48,192 nt of DNA from an uncultured Alphaproteobacteria bacterium (lineage in GTDB: Bacteria > Pseudomonadota > Alphaproteobacteria > HIMB59 > GCA-002718135), in NCBI GenBank assembly GCA_902541435.1, contig CACBQR010000001.1, positions 124,240-172,431 of the forward strand. Reading direction: 5' to 3'. A program made the position numbers and the translations under genes. This document shows positions 1 to 6,615 of the stretch, piece after piece (position 1 is the stretch's first letter; the number at the start of each line of letters is the position of its first letter). The notes below the pieces were generated by a model. That model saw only the letters and a list, made by a program, of their open reading frames with translations. It had not been told where the DNA came from and searched no databases.

Positions 1-243
1 AAACGAGGAACACATTATTTAATTGCTGATAAATTTGAAGGTCCATGGAATTTAGCACCTGGTCCTTATTTAACAACAAACTCTGAAATAGAACTTTATG
101 CTGGTAGAATTGTTGAAAAAGATAATAAATTTTTCTTTATGGCTTTTTTACATGATGATGAAGATGGAAATTTTATTGGTGAAATATCAGATCCAATTCC
201 AATAAATTTTGACAAAGATGGTTTAATGAATTTAAACTTTTAA
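1..243 (+). CDS. C-terminal part of a five-bladed beta-propeller glycoside hydrolase (GH32/GH68, beta-fructofuranosidase/levansucrase-like); 5' end lies outside the window
   Basis: Not in the ORF track. Frame 1 is open from base 1 to TAA at 241-243: KRGTHYLIADKFEGPW...LYAGRIV...FMAF...GNFIGEISDPIP. This resembles the last blades of clan GH-J enzymes. Confidence 0.6.
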   Translation, partial: KRGTHYLIADKFEGPWNLAPGPYLTTNSEIELYAGRIVEKDNKFFFMAFLHDDEDGNFIGEISDPIPINFDKDGLMNLNF

Positions 244-1094
244 TTAATATTTCTCCACGAATATTCTGGTTTAAATCCTAATACTTTTTTCGCTTTCTCA
301 TTACTTAATAAAGTTTTATTTTTTCCAATCTCTCCTTTAATTTGAATATTTGGAAATACTTTATCTAGAAGTAATTTATTATCCTTCTCCATAACAGTAT
401 CATCTGCAGCTATAATAAAATTATCAGCACCTTTTAAATTACTTTCCATAGCTAAGAGACAGGCTTGTGCCACATCTCTAGCATCTATATATCCCCAAAA
501 GTTCCATTTCCTTAGAAATGGATCGTTTTGAAATGATTGAAATTGTTTGTAATCATGCTCTTCCATTATATTCGAATAGCGCAGTCCAAATATTTTCATG
601 TCTTGATCTCTCCTGCAATATTGTCTAGCCATTTCTTCGCCAATAGCTTTTGAAAGTGAATAGCTTGACTCTGGACGTGGGAGATATTCTTCATCTACAG
701 GGACATATGGAGGATATTTATCAAAAGGTAGGCCGAGAACAGTTTCACTTGATGCCCATACAATATTATTTATTTTTAAAACTTTAGCTGCTTGAAAAAT
801 ATTGTAAGTACTTAAAATATTTATTCTAAAAGTTTTATGATTGGTTTCTAAACCTGGAGCAGGAATAGCTGCTTGATGAATTATAGCATCTATTCCATTA
901 ATACGATCATCTATTTCAGATACAGATTCAATTGCTTCACCAAAATTTTCTAAATCAACTTTTGTAAAAGGAACCTCTAATTCAGGGTGATTAACTAAAT
1001 CTACATTGAATACCCTGTAATTATTTTTCAATAATAACTTAATTGTTGCTCTACCTGCTTTACCTGAACCACCTGTTACTAAAATATTCTTCAT
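240..1094 (-). CDS. NAD-dependent epimerase/dehydratase (extended SDR)
   Basis: N-terminal TGGSGKAG Rossmann motif, ASS catalytic Ser, YSLSK (YxxxK). Confidence 0.9.
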   Translation of the reverse strand: MKNILVTGGSGKAGRATIKLLLKNNYRVFNVDLVNHPELEVPFTKVDLENFGEAIESVSEIDDRINGIDAIIHQAAIPAPGLETNHKTFRINILSTYNIFQAAKVLKINNIVWASSETVLGLPFDKYPPYVPVDEEYLPRPESSYSLSKAIGEEMARQYCRRDQDMKIFGLRYSNIMEEHDYKQFQSFQNDPFLRKWNFWGYIDARDVAQACLLAMESNLKGADNFIIAADDTVMEKDNKLLLDKVFPNIQIKGEIGKNKTLLSNEKAKKVLGFKPEYSWRNIN

Positions 1095-1167
1095 TAGGAT
1101 TACTTTAATAATTTTTTAATAAAGAATCATTAATTTTTTGATAATTATAATAAAAATAGGAGATTTT

Positions 1168-1599
1168 ATGACTGAATATATTTTAGAAGCTGGAGGAACA
1201 ATGGCATTTACATTCCATGTTTTATTTATGCTTTTTAATTTGTTTATTATTTATCAATTTTATTTCAATGATAAATTCTTTAATGAATTAGGTTTTTCAA
1301 ATGATGAGCCTAAATTAGTTTTTAGAGGTCCTCTAGGTGCAGTTTTTTTAACAATGTTGTTAATGTCTATATTGCTAACTTTTGATGTTACTGGAAATAC
1401 TTATGATGAAAATGTTGTACAATACAAATTTTGGTACTCATTTTTATTTATGCTTATGGCCATAGCTTTAATTAGTTCAGTAGTTAGATACTTTAATCTT
1501 GTAAATAATTATGGAATTACTCCAAATATTAGAGGAGTTATATTCCCATTAGTTGGACTCGTATTAATTATTCTTAGAACGATTTTTGAAGGTTATTAA
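1168..1599 (+). CDS. hypothetical 4-TM membrane protein
   Basis: ORF track 1138..1599. The ATG at 1168 is preceded by an AGGAG Shine-Dalgarno, so it is the preferred start. Four hydrophobic segments. Confidence 0.75.
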   Translation: MTEYILEAGGTMAFTFHVLFMLFNLFIIYQFYFNDKFFNELGFSNDEPKLVFRGPLGAVFLTMLLMSILLTFDVTGNTYDENVVQYKFWYSFLFMLMAIALISSVVRYFNLVNNYGITPNIRGVIFPLVGLVLIILRTIFEGY

Positions 1600-1607
1600 T
1601 ATTAATT

Positions 1608-1631
1608 ACAAGCGGTTAAATAACCGCTTGT
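1608..1631. terminator. bidirectional intrinsic terminator hairpin
   Basis: Perfect inverted repeat ACAAGCGGTTA-aa-TAACCGCTTGT between convergent genes ending at 1599 and 1633, with T/A-rich flanks. Confidence 0.8.
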
Positions 1632-1632
1632 T

Positions 1633-2025
1633 TTAATTAAAATAAGTTCTTATTTTATTTCTAGATGCAAAATGTAAAATTATTGAAACTATAAAAAAGA
1701 ATAAGACAAAGTAATATTCTCTAATTTCAACTTGACTTGTATAAAAAACAAAAAACCCACAAATAGTTAAAGATTTTATATAAATATCAAGAAATTGGAT
1801 TGGAAATAACTTTTCTGATTGAAAGAATAAATATCTAAAGCCAAAATATGCAAATGTTAGAAATACAGATAATCTTACGGAAGCCACACGATGATATGGT
1901 ATCTCTTGTCTTTCAACGATATTTAATGGAAAAAAGATGGTAACACCTATAATTTCTGCAATTACGAATGCTAATGCCCACAGACTTAGTAAGCCTATTA
2001 TTATTTTAGCTAATGATCTTGCCAT
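1633..2025 (-). CDS. hypothetical 4-TM membrane protein
   Basis: 130-aa ORF with four hydrophobic stretches and no recognisable motif. Confidence 0.7.
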   Translation of the reverse strand: MARSLAKIIIGLLSLWALAFVIAEIIGVTIFFPLNIVERQEIPYHRVASVRLSVFLTFAYFGFRYLFFQSEKLFPIQFLDIYIKSLTICGFFVFYTSQVEIREYYFVLFFFIVSIILHFASRNKIRTYFN

Positions 2026-2034
2026 ATAAAATAA

Positions 2035-2070
2035 GGCCTTTTTTTAAACAGGGTTTTGACCAACCTATTT
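2035..2070 (-). ncRNA. candidate H-type pseudoknot 5' leader (preQ1-I-riboswitch-like architecture)
   Basis: Minus strand reads AAAUAGG-UUGGUCAAAAC-CCUGUUU-AAAAAAA-GGCC. This gives a 7-bp P1, loop GGUC pairing with the downstream GGCC, and an A7 linker. It ends 9 nt before the ATG at 2025. Confidence 0.35.
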
Positions 2071-2137
2071 ATCATTTTATCCAAAGATTCAAAAAAAATA
2101 TATAATTTTCAAATTGTTAGCAGAAATCAAAGTTTTT

Positions 2138-2533
2138 TTATTTAAAATTATTTTTGACTGGTGAAAAATACAAAAGAATTAAAATTGCACCACTAATCAA
2201 ACCACCTATTTGATCAAGCATTCCACTAAAAGCAGTATAGATAACGGAACCACTAAAATAATTTAGAACTATTCCAGCAACTACTAAAAATAAATAGAGT
2301 GGTTTGCCATAAGAAATAAATCTATAAAGTAAATTTAAAGTAAATAGATATAAAAAGAATAAACTAATTGATACAATTCGAGAAAAATTTTCAAAATTAG
2401 ATAGTAATCCATCATTTAAATTTTTATAAAGATTAGAAATTTCTGATGGTTGGTACATAGATGATATAACCATTAAAATTATAACAATAAAGTCTAATAG
2501 AATTAAATTTTTAAAAATTTTTTCAATTTCCAT
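2138..2533 (-). CDS. hypothetical 4-TM membrane protein
   Basis: 131-aa hydrophobic ORF. Confidence 0.7.
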   Translation of the reverse strand: MEIEKIFKNLILLDFIVIILMVISSMYQPSEISNLYKNLNDGLLSNFENFSRIVSISLFFLYLFTLNLLYRFISYGKPLYLFLVVAGIVLNYFSGSVIYTAFSGMLDQIGGLISGAILILLYFSPVKNNFK

Positions 2534-2643
2534 AATAATTATAAATTGTAATTAATATATTATCTTGCTTAGATATGTAGTTTGAATATTACAATAATAT
2601 TATTTTAATCTATTTAAAAAAAATTAGAGTTTGAAAATTATAT

Positions 2644-3006
2644 TTACCACATTGAATGGATAATATCTGAACTATTAATTTTTATTAAATTTTCACATTT
2701 ACTTTCAAAATCAATGAAATTATCTCTAAAAGTTGCACCATTGTTTTGTGCTTGCTCAAAATGATTATCTATTCCAGATTGGCTTTCATAAACCTCTGTT
2801 AAGATTAGAGACATATTACCTGTTTTATTACCATCTTTGAATTCAGGGCCTATAGACCAATTTAGCATCAGAAGTGCTTTATCACCCTCCTTTGTATGTG
2901 TTTCATTCATCCATTTTGTATGATCTTCTGCAATTCTTTTTGCAATATCATTTAGTTCAGGTTTAAAAATCCATAAATACTGAAGTTGTTTTTTATTTTG
3001 AAACAT
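2644..3006 (-). CDS. hypothetical soluble protein, possibly dimeric alpha/beta-barrel (ABM-like) fold
   Basis: AAGGAG SD upstream. The pattern LTEVYESQSGIDNH resembles the E-x-Y...H motif of ABM-like barrels. Confidence 0.65.
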   Translation of the reverse strand: MFQNKKQLQYLWIFKPELNDIAKRIAEDHTKWMNETHTKEGDKALLMLNWSIGPEFKDGNKTGNMSLILTEVYESQSGIDNHFEQAQNNGATFRDNFIDFESKCENLIKINSSDIIHSMW

Positions 3007-3060
3007 ATTTTCTCCTTTTTTTAAATAATACTAATTAATTAACAAAATCTCTCAAACAAA

Positions 3061-3900
3061 TTATTGTTGAGAATTATTTTCTAATGTTTGAACATGAATA
3101 TCTAAGTTTTCTATGATAGCATCATTATTGATATTTCCATAAAAAACACCTTTAATAGGTGATGCGTAACTAGCATCAAGCCCACATGAAACACGTACGT
3201 ATCTTTCATCAGGACTGCATTTATTTGTTGGATCAAATCCTACCCAACCTAAGTCATTTATATAAAATTCAGCCCAAGCATGAGTAGACTGAAATTCTGA
3301 AGAATGGGAATTATTGTGCATATAACCATTTACATATCTGGCTGGAATTCCTAATGTTTTTGCGGCCGCAATCATAATATGTGCTTGATCCTGACAGACA
3401 CCTTTTTTCTGTTTAAATGCTTCAATTGCTGTTGTTTGATTATTTGTGGTTAAAGGCTTGTATTCAATTTTTTCAGCTACTAAATTCATCAGATTATGAG
3501 ATGTTTCTAAATTTTCATTTTCTTTAAAACCATTTTTAGCTTCAATGGCTAAATTTTTTATATCAGCATTTGCTTTTGTTAAATTTGATTCCCTTAAGTA
3601 AACTAATGGATCTATTTTATCAGAAACACTATGGTAAATTCCTTTTGTATCAAATGTTTCTACTTTTCCAAGAACTGTAAATTGTATTTTTTTTACCTTG
3701 TTTGTATTTGTAAAACTTTGAATATTATTAGCCTCACCATCTTGATAAATTTTTGATTTTTTGGCTGAGTCATTATGGACATTCCACTCTAAAATTTTTA
3801 GACCATTATATTCTGAAGGATACAATTTAGTAGTTTGAATTAATCCTGAAACTGGATTTTTATATTCATATTTAGTTGTGTGTTCAATGATTAGTTCCAT
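3061..3900 (-). CDS. bacterial transglutaminase-like protein (Bact_transglu_N plus core)
   Basis: Starts MELIIEHTTKYEY (ATG at 3900, just after the alpha-E stop). Catalytic triad motifs GVCQD, THAWAE and GFDPTN. Confidence 0.92.
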   Translation of the reverse strand: MELIIEHTTKYEYKNPVSGLIQTTKLYPSEYNGLKILEWNVHNDSAKKSKIYQDGEANNIQSFTNTNKVKKIQFTVLGKVETFDTKGIYHSVSDKIDPLVYLRESNLTKANADIKNLAIEAKNGFKENENLETSHNLMNLVAEKIEYKPLTTNNQTTAIEAFKQKKGVCQDQAHIMIAAAKTLGIPARYVNGYMHNNSHSSEFQSTHAWAEFYINDLGWVGFDPTNKCSPDERYVRVSCGLDASYASPIKGVFYGNINNDAIIENLDIHVQTLENNSQQ

Positions 3901-3901
3901 A

Positions 3902-4837
3902 TTAATTAAAAAACTCCTTATGTATTTCGTTATCAACACTAGATATTTTTCTAATAAATTGTGTTACAAATTGATGAAGACCATATTCAACAATAGTTTC
4001 TATTTTTTCTTCTTGAATTTTAGTATTTAGATCTTTTAAATTATTATAAATTCTTCCAACTTTTTCTGGACTACATGTTAGGTTAGTTAAATGTTTGACA
4101 ATATTTTGAATACAAAAACTTAAAGATCTAGGACAATTACTATTTAAAACTAAAAAATCAGCTATTTTAGTAGCAGTAATATTGCCATCGTATGCCCATC
4201 GAAAAGCTCTAAAAGAAGATAAAGAACGAAGCAATATACTCCATTGCATATTATCGATATTACCACCTACATATTGAGGTTTAGGTAATAAAACAAAATA
4301 CTTTACATCTAATAATCTGGCAGAATTATCTGCCCTTTCAATAAATAAACCTAGAAAAAGAAAATTATAACCATCATTTCTAAGCAGTGAACTTAACGAC
4401 CCTCTAAATAAATTTACTTGCTCTATTGTCCACTCAGTAAGGTCAGGTAAATCAGATTTAGTAAATTTTTTTTCTTTTAAGTTTAATATCTCTTGATAAG
4501 TTTTATTAATTGCTAACCATGACTCAGGGGTAAAGGAAGTTCTAACAACTAATGCATTATTTCGGGCATTAAGAATGCAATTGTAAACAGATGAAGGATT
4601 ACTTTCATCAAAAAATAAATAATCTTCAACATTTCTTTGTTCAATTGTATCATATTTATTTTTATATCCTTCAATTGCTCCAGCGGCAGATAAGACTGAT
4701 TCCCATTCATTATTATAACCACTAGGATTTGGGAAAAGAGACATTCTATAACCAACATCCAAGAGTCTTGCTGTTGTTTCAGCTCGTTCCATATAACGAC
4801 TTATCCAATATAAATATTCTGCAGTTCTACTTAACAT
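3902..4837 (-). CDS. alpha-E domain protein (DUF403)
   Basis: MLSRTAEYLYWISRYMERAETTARLLDV and a second ER motif FIERADNSARLLDVKY, plus PRSL. Confidence 0.93.
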   Translation of the reverse strand: MLSRTAEYLYWISRYMERAETTARLLDVGYRMSLFPNPSGYNNEWESVLSAAGAIEGYKNKYDTIEQRNVEDYLFFDESNPSSVYNCILNARNNALVVRTSFTPESWLAINKTYQEILNLKEKKFTKSDLPDLTEWTIEQVNLFRGSLSSLLRNDGYNFLFLGLFIERADNSARLLDVKYFVLLPKPQYVGGNIDNMQWSILLRSLSSFRAFRWAYDGNITATKIADFLVLNSNCPRSLSFCIQNIVKHLTNLTCSPEKVGRIYNNLKDLNTKIQEEKIETIVEYGLHQFVTQFIRKISSVDNEIHKEFFN

Positions 4838-4846
4838 TTTTATACC

Positions 4847-6256
4847 TCATTCAGCTAAAACCCATGTGTCTTTAACACCACCTCCTTGGCTAGAATTTAC
4901 AACAAACGAACCTTCATTCATTGCAACTCTAGTCAAACCCCCAGAACTTAATTGAGCTTGCTCTCCAATTAAGCAAAATGGTCGTAAATCTACTCTTCTT
5001 CCCTCAACTTGATTTTTAATAAGTGTTGGTGAAAATGACAGATCCAGTAAAGGCTGTGCTATATATCCCTTTGGATTTGTTGAGAGTTTTGTTTTAAATT
5101 CATCTATAGAAGATTTAGAGGATTTTGGACCTATTAACATTCCATAACCTCCAGATCCATCAACTTCTTTTACTACAAGTTCATTTATATTATCTAAAAC
5201 ATATTTTAATTCTTGTTCTTTTTCACAATTCCAAGTTTCAACATTGTCTAGGATTGGTTGTTCACCAAGATAAAATTTGATCATCTCAGGCACATAAATA
5301 TAAATTGCTTTGTCATCAGCAATACCTGCGCCAGGAGCAGAACAGATATTGACACCACCTGTTCTATAAACATCCATAATTCCTGGAATACCAATTACAG
5401 ATTGTGGATTAAAACATAGAGGATCTAAAAAATCATCATCTATTCTTCTGTATACAACATCTACTCTCTTTGGGCCATCAACTGTTTTCATATAAAGATA
5501 TTTTCCTTCAACAAATAAATCTGTTGATTCAACCATTTCAATACCCATTTGATCTGATAAAAAACTATGTTCGTAATAAGCGCTATTTAACGGTCCAGGT
5601 GTAAGTAACACACATACGGGTTCTGAATTTTCACATTTAATAGGAGCTAAACTCATTAAAGTTTGTAAAAGTCTTGTTGGATAATCATCAATTGGTGTGA
5701 CTCTGTTATTATGAAATAAATCAGGAAACATTCGCATCATTATTTCCCTATTTTCTAACATGTAAGAAACACCACTTGGTGTTCGACAATTATCTTCTAA
5801 AACAAAATAATCATTGGGACCTGTTCTAACTAAATCAATACCAATTATAGGACTATAAATATCTCTGGGAGGTGAAAAACCAATCATTGAAGGTTCAAAT
5901 GATTTTTTTTTGTAAATAATTTCTTTAGGAATTATATTTGCTTTTATTATTTCACCTTGATTATAAATATCAGCTAGAAAAGCATTTAGTGCTTTAGCTC
6001 TTTGAATTACCCCTCTTTCTAACTTTAACCATTCAGTATAAGTAAATATCCTTGGAATTAAATCAAACGGAATAATTCTTTCTCTTGCAGTTTCATTATT
6101 TGTAGAAAATGTAATTCCAATATTTCTAAAATGAGTTTCAGCTTCAGCATTCTTTTCAAGAATAACTTTTGAAGTCATTTGATCTAACCAATCATTAATA
6201 TTGTTATAATGTTTCCTTATAACTGACTGAGATTGATACATTTCGTTAAACATCAA
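4847..6256 (-). CDS. circularly permuted type 2 ATP-grasp protein (DUF404/DUF407), predicted peptide/amide ligase
   Basis: ERIIPFDLIPR, VLEDNCRTPSGVSYMLENR, SAYYEHSFL, RRIDDDFLDP, GSGGYG, VVNSSQGGGVKDTWVL. The true start may be the ATG at 6253. Confidence 0.95.
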   Translation of the reverse strand: MMFNEMYQSQSVIRKHYNNINDWLDQMTSKVILEKNAEAETHFRNIGITFSTNNETARERIIPFDLIPRIFTYTEWLKLERGVIQRAKALNAFLADIYNQGEIIKANIIPKEIIYKKKSFEPSMIGFSPPRDIYSPIIGIDLVRTGPNDYFVLEDNCRTPSGVSYMLENREIMMRMFPDLFHNNRVTPIDDYPTRLLQTLMSLAPIKCENSEPVCVLLTPGPLNSAYYEHSFLSDQMGIEMVESTDLFVEGKYLYMKTVDGPKRVDVVYRRIDDDFLDPLCFNPQSVIGIPGIMDVYRTGGVNICSAPGAGIADDKAIYIYVPEMIKFYLGEQPILDNVETWNCEKEQELKYVLDNINELVVKEVDGSGGYGMLIGPKSSKSSIDEFKTKLSTNPKGYIAQPLLDLSFSPTLIKNQVEGRRVDLRPFCLIGEQAQLSSGGLTRVAMNEGSFVVNSSQGGGVKDTWVLAE

Positions 6257-6314
6257 GCATTAAATCTCTTGAGATTTGAAAAGAATAATTTTTATTATCT
6301 AACTTTTTAAACAT
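6246..6314 (-). CDS. candidate 22-aa leader ORF (MFKKLDNKNYSFQISRDLMLDV) overlapping the start of the ATP-grasp gene
   Basis: ATG at 6314 preceded by AGAAAGG. The stop at 6246-6248 lies inside the first codons of the ATP-grasp gene, in a different frame. Confidence 0.35.
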   Translation of the reverse strand: MFKKLDNKNYSFQISRDLMLDV

Positions 6315-6380
6315 AGTTATAACAAACCTTTCTTATCCGTTATAATTCATGCCTAGCTATGGAAATTAATAATAAGATCC

Positions 6381-6433
6381 GCGTTCCTTCAGCTTTAGCT
6401 TACTTCCGATCTGTAAAATACAGATTGAACGAT
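6381..6433 (-). ncRNA. glutamine-I riboswitch (glnA RNA motif), aptamer 2 of tandem pair
   Basis: Minus strand AUCGUUCA-AUCUGUA-uuu-UACAGAU-CGGAAGUA-AGC-uaaa-GCU-GAAGGAACGC. P1 is CGUUC/GAACG, followed by P2 and an E-loop AGUA/GAA in P3, matching the glnA consensus. Confidence 0.88.
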
Positions 6434-6447
6434 TTAATAACTTGCAT

Positions 6448-6500
6448 GCGTTCCTTCAACTTTCGTTTACTTCCGTTTTGAATTATTCAAAATGAACGAT
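6448..6500 (-). ncRNA. glutamine-I riboswitch (glnA RNA motif), aptamer 1 of tandem pair
   Basis: Minus strand AUCGUUCA-UUUUGAA-uaa-UUCAAAA-CGGAAGUA-AAC-gaaa-GUU-GAAGGAACGC. The core is identical to aptamer 2, and the P2 and P3 stems covary. Confidence 0.88.
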
Positions 6501-6555
6501 GAAAAATTAATAATAAAACTTATTGATATTATAAAATGAATAAGATCATAGTCTG

Positions 6556-6574
6556 ATATGCAAAAATTGCATAT
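6556..6574. promoter_or_regulatory. palindrome, possible operator or weak terminator upstream of the riboswitch
   Basis: ATATGCAA-aaa-TTGCATAT. A minus-strand TATAAT lies at 6528-6533. Confidence 0.3.
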
Positions 6575-6615
6575 ATTAAAAAATAGTTTATAGTATGGAA
6601 AATTATTAAAAATTA

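Noticed and set aside
1138-3006. Run of small hypothetical genes considered as an integron cassette array or prophage remnant
   Set aside because: The orientation is mixed, there are no repeated attC-like sites, and there are no phage or integrase genes.
6381-6500. Direct repeat considered as a mini-CRISPR or tRNA fragment
   Set aside because: There are only two units, the variable parts are internal paired stems rather than spacers, no cas genes are present and there is no cloverleaf. It fits the glnA aptamer instead.
6556-6574. TGCA-N5-TGCA palindrome considered as an NtrC box
   Set aside because: The spacing and inner bases do not match TGCAC-N7-GTGCA, so it is kept only as an unassigned palindrome.
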